Shown here one piece after another: positions 54,596 to 63,491 of a DNA stretch of 64,000 bases. The stretch is from Candidatus Eiseniibacteriota bacterium (GTDB taxonomy: Bacteria; Orphanbacterota; Orphanbacteria; Orphanbacterales; Orphanbacteraceae): NCBI GenBank assembly GCA_024276995.1, contig JAJRWB010000050.1:80359-144358 (forward strand), written 5' to 3'. The notes under the pieces are model-generated. The model ran no database searches, had not been told where the DNA came from, and saw nothing but the letters and a program-made list of their open reading frames with translations. The translations under genes and the position numbers were made by a program. Numbering within the stretch: the stretch's first letter is position 1; every line of letters starts with the position of its first letter.

Positions 54596-55881
54596 GGCTC
54601 ATTCACCCTTATAGTGACCGTGCCGCTTCCCAGGCCGAGGGGCCTCACCGTCGAGAGATCCCTCCCCTCTCCGACGTCGGGAAGCGGGGTGGGCGAGAGG
54701 AAGGAGGCGGTCGTTTCGAGACGGCTCAGCCGGCGATCGAGAACGGGAGCTTCCATCTCCGTCTTCGCGATGTCGGTGACCATCTCCTTCGTTCCCGCCG
54801 TCCGCTCTCCCCTCTCCTGGGCGAGGAAGAAAATCGGGTCGAGCCGGACCGCTTCGTCGAAGAGATTCGCCGCGCGTACGAAATCACCTTCGTCCTCGGC
54901 CGCCAAGGCGTCGCAATACGCGAGGAACGCCTGGAAGCTCGATGTCGGGATCTCGCCGATCGCCTCCCGCTCGGTGCTGCCGAGCGTGTAACCGAGTTCT
55001 TCCGCCACCGAGTAGACGATCCTCTTTTCCAGCTCGAAGAAATCGTCCAGCCGGCCGCTGATCGAAGAGGGCGTCCCGATTTCGCCGGTAATATTATTTA
55101 CAATGTAATAATCGAAGCGAATCTCGTCTTTTCCCTCGAGCGGGGTGATCGTCCCGCCGAGGGACCATCCGGCGCCGAGCATGGCGTCGAGAGAGAGGGC
55201 GGCGAGAGGATCGAATCCGGCGGAGCGGGATTTCTCGATCTCCCGGGTAAGCGCCTCGAACCGGAGCCGCTCCACGAGGAAGAGCCCCTCCACATGCGAG
55301 AGGTCGTTGATCAGCTGCTCGGCGAGACCTTTCCCCAGGTTCCCGTACGTCTCCACCTCGGCGAGGACGTCGAAATAGCGGACCGCGAGGACGTCGGGCG
55401 CCATGCGCGCCGGTTCGGCCATGTCCTCTTTCGCTCTTTCGGCGTACACTTTCCGAACGAGCCGGGTGATCCGCCCGCGCATGGCGCGCGCCACGTGGGT
55501 TCGCCCCATGGTGCGGGGGTACGAACGGTACGCCTCGATCGCCTTTTCCCACTCCCCCTTTCCCTCCCAGGCGAGACCCAGGAGAAGAGGTAGCGAGTCG
55601 TCGTCGGGAGAGAGGGTCTGCGCCCGGGTGAGAGCGTCGACGGCACCGTCGTAGTTTCCCTGCTCGAGGCGCACCCTCCCGAGATCGCGCAGGAGGGAAC
55701 CGTCGGAAGGATCGGTCTCGATCCGCTCGACGAGGAGCGACTCCGCCTCGGACCAGCGGCCGCCGTCCAGAGCATCGTCCAGAGGCCCCCTCCCGGAGAA
55801 GCCGCACGAGAGCATGAGCGTGCCGGCAACGAGGGCACCGGACACGCCGAGCGCCTTCAGGAATCGCGAACCTCTTTTCAT
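54592..55881 (-). CDS. lipoprotein with N-terminal TPR repeats and C-terminal CsgG-like domain
   Basis: The real gene is the C-terminal 429 codons of track ORF 54592..56676 (MKRGSRFLKALGVSGALVAGTLMLSCG, lipobox). CsgG-like motif RYFDVLAEVETYGNLGKGLAEQLINDLSHVEGLFLVERLRFEALTREIEKS. The upstream 265 codons of the track ORF are Arg-rich junk. Confidence 0.6.
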   Translation of the reverse strand: MKRGSRFLKALGVSGALVAGTLMLSCGFSGRGPLDDALDGGRWSEAESLLVERIETDPSDGSLLRDLGRVRLEQGNYDGAVDALTRAQTLSPDDDSLPLLLGLAWEGKGEWEKAIEAYRSYPRTMGRTHVARAMRGRITRLVRKVYAERAKEDMAEPARMAPDVLAVRYFDVLAEVETYGNLGKGLAEQLINDLSHVEGLFLVERLRFEALTREIEKSRSAGFDPLAALSLDAMLGAGWSLGGTITPLEGKDEIRFDYYIVNNITGEIGTPSSISGRLDDFFELEKRIVYSVAEELGYTLGSTEREAIGEIPTSSFQAFLAYCDALAAEDEGDFVRAANLFDEAVRLDPIFFLAQERGERTAGTKEMVTDIAKTEMEAPVLDRRLSRLETTASFLSPTPLPDVGEGRDLSTVRPLGLGSGTVTIRVNEP

Positions 55882-57017
55882 CGGTCCTCCAGCGGCTCTT
55901 CGCCCGCGGCGACGCGCCGACCGTACAACCACGCCTCGAGGGAGAGAATCCGGGAGGCGATCCGTTCGTCGCCCGGCCGGCGTGCCGCGGCCGACTTCCA
56001 CTTCTCGAGGGCGGCCGTGTAGTCGCCATCCTCTTCGAAACGGATCGCTTCCCCCGTTTCGAGAAGAAAGGGAAGATACCCCTTGCCGGCGCCCCACACC
56101 AGTTCCTTCTCGTCGAACAGGTCGTTCATGGCGCGGCTCGCCGATTTCTTCTTGCCATTGTAGGCTTCCACCACGCCGTCGATTTCCGGCCCGAGGAGAT
56201 CGACCACGAGGCGCCTCTCCAGGGCGATCACATCCCGCCCGTTTCGGACCTTGCCGTCCACCTTGTCCGCGAGAAGGACCTCTCCCGTCGCCGTCGCCAC
56301 GAGGCGCACGCCGATGCGGATCCGTTCCGGGTCGACCATCATCACACTGCCGAAGAGAAACGCGTGGGCACCGCACAGTCTTCCCGCGGCGACGCGCAGA
56401 TCGTCGTCGAGCGCCTCTTCTCCCTTCGACCGGGCGATCTCCCGCTCCAGACCGAGGAGCCGGGCCCTGTCCACCAAGTCGATATCGGTGACCGCGGACA
56501 GGTCGTATTGCACAAGCTGTCCGAGACCTGCGGCGAATCGATCGATATCGAAAGGGGGCTCTCTCCCGGTGAGTACCGAATGATTCCAGAACTCCCCCAC
56601 GGCGATCGTGTTGATCCGGCGGCCCGTGCCGCCTTCCCCCCTTCCGGCGAGACTGTCCCGCGCCTGGTAGAAGCATTGTACCACCGGCGCGGCGTATCGG
56701 CGAGGGGGCAGAAGCGAGGCGGCCGGGGTGATCCGGAGCATGGCGGCCACGTCACGCGCCACCTGCGCCGTCTCGCCGAGGGAACAATGGATCGCCACGA
56801 GGGTGCTCAGCGCGCGAAGCCGGGAACGCTCCGGCTCGCCGTCGCGCTCGAGCAGCGCGCGGGCACACGATTCGGCGAGATCGAAGCGCAATTCATGATA
56901 AAAGGCGAGATTGTCCCGGCGGAAACGGGAGATCGCTTCATCGTCTACCGGCGCGGCACCGGCCGGCAAGGCGACACCGGCGAAGAGCACCGCCATGACG
57001 AAAAAAGCAACGGCCAT
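55878..57017 (-). CDS. CsgG-like domain protein paralog 2 (secreted, TPR-like helical ends)
   Basis: Signal peptide. Motif INTIAVGEFWNHSVLTG..FAAGLGQLVQYDLSAVTDIDLVDRARLLGLEREIARS matches the CsgG pattern (xIAVxxFxN..; ML..L..S..F.VVER..L..L..E). Confidence 0.6.
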   Translation of the reverse strand: MAVAFFVMAVLFAGVALPAGAAPVDDEAISRFRRDNLAFYHELRFDLAESCARALLERDGEPERSRLRALSTLVAIHCSLGETAQVARDVAAMLRITPAASLLPPRRYAAPVVQCFYQARDSLAGRGEGGTGRRINTIAVGEFWNHSVLTGREPPFDIDRFAAGLGQLVQYDLSAVTDIDLVDRARLLGLEREIARSKGEEALDDDLRVAAGRLCGAHAFLFGSVMMVDPERIRIGVRLVATATGEVLLADKVDGKVRNGRDVIALERRLVVDLLGPEIDGVVEAYNGKKKSASRAMNDLFDEKELVWGAGKGYLPFLLETGEAIRFEEDGDYTAALEKWKSAAARRPGDERIASRILSLEAWLYGRRVAAGEEPLEDR

Positions 57018-57023
57018 AAATGA

Positions 57024-58109
57024 TCATCCCCCGAGGAGGAGCGGTATGATGCGCACTTTCCGCGACGCCACTTCGTTCCCCGGATCGAGGGAGAGGACTT
57101 CCTTCCATTTCTCGAGCGCGGCACGGTAGTCCTTCCGGTCTTCGAGGGCGAGCGCCTCGGAAACCGCGAGCGTCGATTCCACATAGCCGTTCCACGCTTC
57201 GCGGGAGGCGGATCTCTCCTCGAAGAAGAGGGCCATTTCCCGGGCGATGCCCGACGGTTCACCCGCCACATCGACGATTAGGGAGTCGATCGACTCGGCG
57301 ATTTCGAGGACGAGCTTCTTCTCCAGGTCGAGGAATCGGCGCGGATCGCCGCCGAATTCACCCTCCACCTGGTGGACGGAAAGAATCTTCCCGGTGGCGG
57401 TGTGCACAACGCGGGCGGTGATGATCACTTCCTTCCCGGAAATGATCATGTACTGGCCGTAGATGAAACAGTGGGCACCGAGGAAGCGGCCCGCTTTGAC
57501 GGCCGCCTTTGGATCGGCAAAACCGCCCTGGTTCATCTCGATCTCGCCGAGAAGCTGGTTCACCCTCTGGCGGTCGACCACCTCGAGCGACGTGGCCCGC
57601 GAGAGATCGTACATGATCAGGTGCTGGAACGCTCCGCGAAAGAGATCGAAATCGAGCTTGTGAAAATCACCCTTGTAGATCGAATTGTTCTCGAAATCGC
57701 CCACCGCCACCGTCCGGATATCCATGGTGCCCGGGTAGAGGGAATCGCGCACCGTGTGGAAAAGCTCGATCACGGCGGGTGGATACTCGTAGTCGGGGGA
57801 GAAGCGCGCGCGGCGGTCGGCATCGAGCATCCGCGCCACTTCTTCCCGGGCGGCGGCGGCGTCTCCCATGGCGACGAGCGCCGAGGCGCGCCACTTCCGT
57901 GCCTCGAGGGCGTTCGGCGATGCGGCGGGCTCGCCGTCGATGAGTGGCGCGGTGAGTTCGAGAACTTCCGCGTATTCGCCCGCCCAAAATGCTTCCGCCG
58001 CGCGGCTCACCCGAGCCTCCGGCCCGGCCGAGACGCCCGGCGAATAGAGGAGAAACGCAAGGAGGAGGAATGCCGCGCCGGCGACCGTCCTCGGGATGGT
58101 GCTATTCAT
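57024..58109 (-). CDS. CsgG-like domain protein paralog 3
   Basis: Signal peptide. Motif IRTVAVGDFENNSIYKG..FRGAFQHLIMYDLSRATSLEVVDRQRVNQLLGEIEMNQ. The architecture is clearly paralogous to 55878..57017. Confidence 0.6.
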   Translation of the reverse strand: MNSTIPRTVAGAAFLLLAFLLYSPGVSAGPEARVSRAAEAFWAGEYAEVLELTAPLIDGEPAASPNALEARKWRASALVAMGDAAAAREEVARMLDADRRARFSPDYEYPPAVIELFHTVRDSLYPGTMDIRTVAVGDFENNSIYKGDFHKLDFDLFRGAFQHLIMYDLSRATSLEVVDRQRVNQLLGEIEMNQGGFADPKAAVKAGRFLGAHCFIYGQYMIISGKEVIITARVVHTATGKILSVHQVEGEFGGDPRRFLDLEKKLVLEIAESIDSLIVDVAGEPSGIAREMALFFEERSASREAWNGYVESTLAVSEALALEDRKDYRAALEKWKEVLSLDPGNEVASRKVRIIPLLLGG

Positions 58110-58186
58110 GTCGGCTCCTTTCCATCGGTTCCACGCGATGCCACTCTAGCACTTCATAACGGAAGGACACAAAGAAAAGGATAGAT

Positions 58187-59233
58187 TCATCGCACCCGCG
58201 CCTGCTCCAGAAGCGACGCGATCGTCTTCGCCACGACGGCGCAACCGGCCGGCGAGGCGTGGATGTGATCGAGAAGGGGCTCCTCGGCGGCCTCGATGAA
58301 CGGTTCGATCAGGCTGATCACGGGGGAGCCGGTTTCGCTCCCCACACGAGCGATGAGAGGCTGGTAGACGATCAGTTGCGCATCCCCCTTTCTCACCTGG
58401 TTCCGGTACGGCCAGATGAGGAAGATCACAGGCACCCCCCGCGCGGCGCATACTTCATGGATCGCCCGGAGATTCTCCTCGAATTCCTCCGGCGTAACGC
58501 GCGGTTCCTTCCCCCGCCGGTCTCCCTCCACCGTCTTCCCACCGGCCACGGCGCCCGAGCGGCGAAGGAGATCGGTGAGGAGGCGGTAGAAACGGCTTTT
58601 TCCGAGGACCGACCGCACCGTCCCCATCCGGAGGAGCCGTCCCGTTTCGGCGTCGGTTCTCGATCCCCATACATCGGAATCATTGAAGCCGAAAGTCGCG
58701 ATCACGAGATCGGGCTTGAGATCGAAGCCGGCCCCTTCGAGGTATTTCAAGCCCTGGTATGAACTGTATCCGGGCACGCCGGCGTTGATCACCTCCACGC
58801 CGTCGCCGAGGGTGCGGCTCATCTCTTCTCGCAGCCGCGCGGGCCACGTCTGGGAGTCGTCCACACCGAGACCGAAGGTGCACGAATTCCCCACGGCGAG
58901 CACGCGAAAACCGCGCTTCCTTTCCCGCACCTCGGGCGACCTCAATCCGAGGCTGTTCGTCGTTACCTCGAAGTCGACACGTCGATCCTTCATCCGGCCC
59001 TGCACGCGAAACGAATCGAGGCCCGGCCTTAGTTTCCAGAAGAGAACCGGGTCGAAGAGCATTGTTTCGTTCAGCCCGGGAAGCCCGAGAACATCGATGA
59101 TCTGCCGGTGCTCCTCGTAGAGCGTTCCCTTCCCCGGTTTCCAGACGAGTCGGGCGCCCCCCTCGAAGAGAGTCGCCGCCGCCAGGAGGACGACGATCGA
59201 GTAGAGAAACCGTCTCTTTCGGGAGATGTCCAT
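58187..59233 (-). CDS. SGNH/GDSL-family hydrolase (acyl-esterase/O-acetyltransferase partner)
   Basis: Block I GNSCTFG (catalytic Ser), block III GVPGYSS, block V near DHIHASP. N-terminal membrane anchor. Divergent from the MBOAT gene. Confidence 0.75.
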   Translation of the reverse strand: MDISRKRRFLYSIVVLLAAATLFEGGARLVWKPGKGTLYEEHRQIIDVLGLPGLNETMLFDPVLFWKLRPGLDSFRVQGRMKDRRVDFEVTTNSLGLRSPEVRERKRGFRVLAVGNSCTFGLGVDDSQTWPARLREEMSRTLGDGVEVINAGVPGYSSYQGLKYLEGAGFDLKPDLVIATFGFNDSDVWGSRTDAETGRLLRMGTVRSVLGKSRFYRLLTDLLRRSGAVAGGKTVEGDRRGKEPRVTPEEFEENLRAIHEVCAARGVPVIFLIWPYRNQVRKGDAQLIVYQPLIARVGSETGSPVISLIEPFIEAAEEPLLDHIHASPAGCAVVAKTIASLLEQARVR

Positions 59234-59361
59234 GGATGTCAGTAAACCACAGCGGCGGGCGGGCCGTCGAGTGGCGGCGGGACGGCATCTTGGAAATCGG
59301 GCGCACGGTGGGTTACAATCGCCATTCGACTCTTCAAAACGATCACCCGCGGGGAACGACG

Positions 59362-60774
59362 TTGCTCTTCAACACGTGGACTTTTTTCGCTTTCGCCCTC
59401 GTGGTGTTCCCTCTCTATTATAAGGCGTCTTTCCGCTGGCAGAATCGGCTCCTCCTCGCGGCAAGCTACGTTTTCTACGGAGCCTGGGACTACCGGTTCC
59501 TTTCGCTCATCCTGTTCTCCACCGTGGTCGACTACATCGTGGGGAGGAGAATCGCCACCACCGAGGTAGCGTCCGCGCGAAGACGCCTCCTCCTGGTCAG
59601 CTGCGTCGTCAACCTCGGTCTTCTCGGCGTGTTCAAGTACTTCAACTTCTTCGCCGACGGCTTCCAGTCGATGCTCGGGATGGCCGGTATCCACACGTCG
59701 CCCGTTTCCCTTTCCATCGTTCTTCCCGTCGGCATCTCGTTCTACACGTTTCAGACGATGAGCTACACGATCGACATCTACCGCCGCAAACTCGAACCGG
59801 TGAGGAACTTCACCGATTTCGCTCTTTTCGTGGCGTACTTCCCCCAGCTGGTCGCCGGGCCGATCGAGCGGGCGAAGAATCTTCTTCCCCAGATCGTTTC
59901 CCCCCGAACGGTGTGCCGCCGCCAGATCATCGAGGGAGCATGGCTCATCGGATGGGGCCTGTTCAAGAAGGCGATCATCGCCGACAACATCGCGATTTTC
60001 GTCGACGAGGCGTTTTTTCCCGGAAACCATTGGGCATCGGGATCGCTCTGCCTCTTCGCGATCTATGGATTCGCCATCCAGATCTACTGCGACTTCAGCG
60101 GCTACTCCGACGTGGCGCGGGGCCTGGGCAAGCTGATGGGCATCGAGATCATGCAGAATTTCAACCTTCCCTACATGGCGACGAGCCCGCAGGAGTTCTG
60201 GCGGCGCTGGCATATCAGTCTTTCCACGTGGCTGCGCGACTACCTTTACGTCTCGCTCGGCGGAAACCGCCACGGCAGATGGATGACGTACCGAAACCTG
60301 ATGCTCACCATGGTTCTCGGCGGACTGTGGCACGGCGCGGCGTGGACTTTCGTCCTATGGGGCGTCTACCAAGGAGCGCTCCTCGCGGTGCATCGTTATC
60401 TTTTCGTCGATCTCGGCTTGGCCGGGCCGGGCGGGAAGGCGGGGCGGTGGATTTCCCGGTTGGTGATGTTCCATCTCACCTGCTTCGGATGGCTGATCTT
60501 CCGCGCCGGCAGCGTCGCTCAAATCGGCAGCTTTCTTCGCAGGATCTTCACGAGTTTCATCCTCGACCTGAACGAGGCGCGGACCGTGTTCGCCGTTCTC
60601 TTCTTCGGTGGAATCCTCGCGCTGGTGGAAATGTGGATTCGAAATGTCGATGACCCGCGGGTTCGTCCCGGGTGGAACGGCCCGATCGGCGCGGCGGCGG
60701 CGACGATCCTCCTGATCGTGGCGCTCATCTTCTGGCCCCCCCAGATCAAGGAGTTCATCTATTTCCAGTTCTGA
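59362..60774 (+). CDS. MBOAT-family membrane-bound O-acyltransferase (AlgI/DltB/PatA-like)
   Basis: TTG 59362 gives MLFNTWTFFAFALVVFPLYY (the classic MBOAT start). The conserved His region is WRRWHISLSTWLRDYLY..LWHGAAW. Confidence 0.8.
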   Translation: MLFNTWTFFAFALVVFPLYYKASFRWQNRLLLAASYVFYGAWDYRFLSLILFSTVVDYIVGRRIATTEVASARRRLLLVSCVVNLGLLGVFKYFNFFADGFQSMLGMAGIHTSPVSLSIVLPVGISFYTFQTMSYTIDIYRRKLEPVRNFTDFALFVAYFPQLVAGPIERAKNLLPQIVSPRTVCRRQIIEGAWLIGWGLFKKAIIADNIAIFVDEAFFPGNHWASGSLCLFAIYGFAIQIYCDFSGYSDVARGLGKLMGIEIMQNFNLPYMATSPQEFWRRWHISLSTWLRDYLYVSLGGNRHGRWMTYRNLMLTMVLGGLWHGAAWTFVLWGVYQGALLAVHRYLFVDLGLAGPGGKAGRWISRLVMFHLTCFGWLIFRAGSVAQIGSFLRRIFTSFILDLNEARTVFAVLFFGGILALVEMWIRNVDDPRVRPGWNGPIGAAAATILLIVALIFWPPQIKEFIYFQF

Positions 60775-60823
60775 GAAAAAGCCGCTCCCGTTTCACGGGC
60801 CGCTCGTCTGGATCGTCGCACCG

Positions 60824-61867
60824 ATGATCGTCTTCCTCGTCGCCGAGTTCACCGTCCGCGCCCTCGATGCGCGGCGTGTCGATCCGACCACCTACCCCGG
60901 GGCGATGAAGATCGCCGCACGCGAGAGCATCGACTTCATCTTCACCGGGACGTCCCGGACCGCCGGAGGGATCGCTCTTTCCGTATGGGACGAGGAACTT
61001 TCCCGTCACGAAGGGCGCGCGGTGCGTTCCCTCAACCTGGCGCAGCCGTACTCGGGCGGCGCACCGAACTATTTCGGACTGCGGGAACTCGCCGACCGAC
61101 GAGCACGGAGTCTTGCCGGCTGCACCGTTTTTTTCGAACTCTCGGCGGGCCTTCCCGCGTTCACACGGAAGTGGGACGATCCGTGGTATTTCGAGGGGAA
61201 CGCGCAGATCGTCGTCGACTACATGCGTCCCGCCGATCTCGCCCGCTTCCTCTCCACCGACGAACCGTTCGACCGGAAGGCGGATATCGTCTTCCGCTAC
61301 TTCACGAGGACGTCACGTCTGTTATCGCTCCGCCGGTCGCTCCAGCGCTCCGTCTCGTGGCGCGGCCTCGCGATCACGCGACGGCTTCTCACCGCGCTCG
61401 GAGGGGAGTACCGCGAGAATCTTCTCGGCGCGAAGCTTCCGCCGATCCGCGTGCTTCGCACCGACGAGCATGGCGTCCGGTTGCAGAGAGAACGGATCCG
61501 CGCGAGAACGAGCCGGGACGCGCTCGCCCGGCAGAAACCGCTCCGGCCGTGGAAGGAAACCATCGTCTGCGCCGCGGCGATCATGCTGAAGGAGAGGGGA
61601 ATCGCCGTGGCGTTTCACGAGGTGCCCGCGCCGTCGTTCGCGTGGACGGTGAACGAAACGGAAACGAGGCGCCTCGACCGCGCCGACTTCGAGGCATGGG
61701 CGAAGGGAAACGACATCCCGATCATCCGAAGCCACATCGCCGTGACGGACGACGACTTTCCCGACCTCTCCCACCTCGCGCGAAGCAGGCGAGAGGAGTA
61801 TACCCGCGCGCTGGCGGCGGATTTCGTCGCCCGAGAGGGGAAAGGGGGACGGGAGCCGCCTGATTGA
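60824..61867 (+). CDS. hypothetical protein, possible accessory to the O-acyltransferase pair
   Basis: 347-aa ORF 50 nt after the MBOAT stop, moderately complex composition, N-terminal hydrophobic segment. No family recognized. Confidence 0.4.
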   Translation: MIVFLVAEFTVRALDARRVDPTTYPGAMKIAARESIDFIFTGTSRTAGGIALSVWDEELSRHEGRAVRSLNLAQPYSGGAPNYFGLRELADRRARSLAGCTVFFELSAGLPAFTRKWDDPWYFEGNAQIVVDYMRPADLARFLSTDEPFDRKADIVFRYFTRTSRLLSLRRSLQRSVSWRGLAITRRLLTALGGEYRENLLGAKLPPIRVLRTDEHGVRLQRERIRARTSRDALARQKPLRPWKETIVCAAAIMLKERGIAVAFHEVPAPSFAWTVNETETRRLDRADFEAWAKGNDIPIIRSHIAVTDDDFPDLSHLARSRREEYTRALAADFVAREGKGGREPPD

Positions 61868-62003
61868 CGAACCGTATTCTACGACCAATCCACCGATACG
61901 TTTCTTGCTCTTGTGGCCGCCGGGTGACCCTTCCCCGCACCGATTTCCTGCTATAATCCCCCTCTCGCCGTAAAGATACGGCCGGCGGAGAGGAGGGTAT
62001 CGA

Positions 62004-63476
62004 GTGACATGGCATCGCGATTCCGGTTTATCCCGCATATCGATTGTCGCTCTTGCCGCCTCGGCCGCGCTTTTCGCGACGCCGCCGACCGCCGGCGCGG
62101 GGGAGGGCGCTGACATGATCGATCCGGCGGCGACATACCGCGACCAGGCGGCCCGGCTGATCGGTGAGGCGATCGTCTCGAACCACGCATACGACAACCT
62201 CGAATACCTCTGCGACCGGATCGGCAATCGGTTGAGCGGATCGACCGCCCTGGAAGAGGCGGTGCAGTGGGCGGCCGATCTGATGAAGAGAGAAGGCCTC
62301 TCCAATGTGAGGCTCGAGGAGGTCCCCGTCCCGGTCTGGGTTCGCGGCGCCGAGAGCGCGCGGATCGTGACACCCGTTTCGCTCGACCTGAATCTTCTCG
62401 GCCTCGGCATGAGCGTCGGCACGCCGCCCGGCGGGATCGAGGCGGAAGTGGTCGTGGTCCGTTCGTTCGATGAACTCGACACTCTCGGCGAGGATGGCGT
62501 TTCGGGGAAGATCGTCCTCTACGACGTTCCGTACGAAGGATACGGCGCCACGGTGACATACAGGATGGACGGCCCCTCCCGCGCCGGTGCTCTCGGCGCC
62601 GTGGCCGCCCTCGTCCGCTCGATCGGTCCGATCAGCTACGACACGCCGCACACCGGCACGCTTCGTTACAGCGACGACGCCCCGAAGATTCCCGCGGCAG
62701 CGATCACCATCGAAAACTCGGCTCTTATCGGCAGGCTCGTCGATAACGGAGAGAAAGTGACGATCCATCTCGAGATGGAAGCGCGTACTCTGGACGACGC
62801 AATATCGGCCAACGTGATCGGCGAGATTCCCGGCTCCGAGAAACCCGGCGAAATCGTTCTTCGCGGCGCACATCTCGACTCGTGGGACGTCGGCCAGGGG
62901 GCGCAGGACGACGGCGTGGGTTGCGTGATCGCCCTGGAAGCGGCGAGGTTGATCGGCACGCTCGGTCTTTCGCCGCGCCGGACGATCCGCGTGGTGTTCT
63001 TCACCAACGAAGAGAACGGGACGCGCGGCGGGAAGAAATATCTCGAGGAACACGGCTGGGAACTCTCACAGCACGTGGCGGCGATCGAATCCGATTCGGG
63101 AAACGGCCCGGCGGAAGGATTCCACCTCGACCTGAGGGCGCGGGAAGGACGCGACGACGGTGAAGCCGAGAACGAGCGCGCCGAAGCGCTCGCCACGATG
63201 AGGTCGATCGGCTCGCTTCTCGAACTCACGGGCTCTTCGACTATGAAGAAAGGGTGGTCGGGTGTCGACATCGGGCCGATCGTCGCCGCCGGTGTCGTCG
63301 GGCTCGGTCTCGCCCACGACACGAGCGCCTATTTCAACGTCCATCATACGAGGGCGGACACTTTCGAAAAGATTGATCGCGGTGACCTGGCGAAGAACGT
63401 TGCCGCCATGGCGGTGATGGCTTATGTTCTCGCCGACATGCCGGAACGGCTGGCGCCGCCCGCAACGAACCGATGA
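62004..63476 (+). CDS. M28-family zinc aminopeptidase with PA domain, secreted
   Basis: GTG start with GAGAGGAGGG RBS. Signal peptide. M28 metal ligands are in context (GAHLDSWDVGQGAQDDGVG, FTNEENGTRGG, HHTRADT). Confidence 0.8.
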   Translation: MTWHRDSGLSRISIVALAASAALFATPPTAGAGEGADMIDPAATYRDQAARLIGEAIVSNHAYDNLEYLCDRIGNRLSGSTALEEAVQWAADLMKREGLSNVRLEEVPVPVWVRGAESARIVTPVSLDLNLLGLGMSVGTPPGGIEAEVVVVRSFDELDTLGEDGVSGKIVLYDVPYEGYGATVTYRMDGPSRAGALGAVAALVRSIGPISYDTPHTGTLRYSDDAPKIPAAAITIENSALIGRLVDNGEKVTIHLEMEARTLDDAISANVIGEIPGSEKPGEIVLRGAHLDSWDVGQGAQDDGVGCVIALEAARLIGTLGLSPRRTIRVVFFTNEENGTRGGKKYLEEHGWELSQHVAAIESDSGNGPAEGFHLDLRAREGRDDGEAENERAEALATMRSIGSLLELTGSSTMKKGWSGVDIGPIVAAGVVGLGLAHDTSAYFNVHHTRADTFEKIDRGDLAKNVAAMAVMAYVLADMPERLAPPATNR

Positions 63477-63491
63477 AAAGGATATGAACCG

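Noticed and set aside
55094-56676. The N-terminal 265 codons of track ORF 54592..56676, and ORF 55094..56029(-)
   Set aside because: The upstream extension is Arg/Gly/Pro-rich junk that runs through the neighbouring CsgG-like gene in another frame. The real gene starts at the lipoprotein signal (55881).
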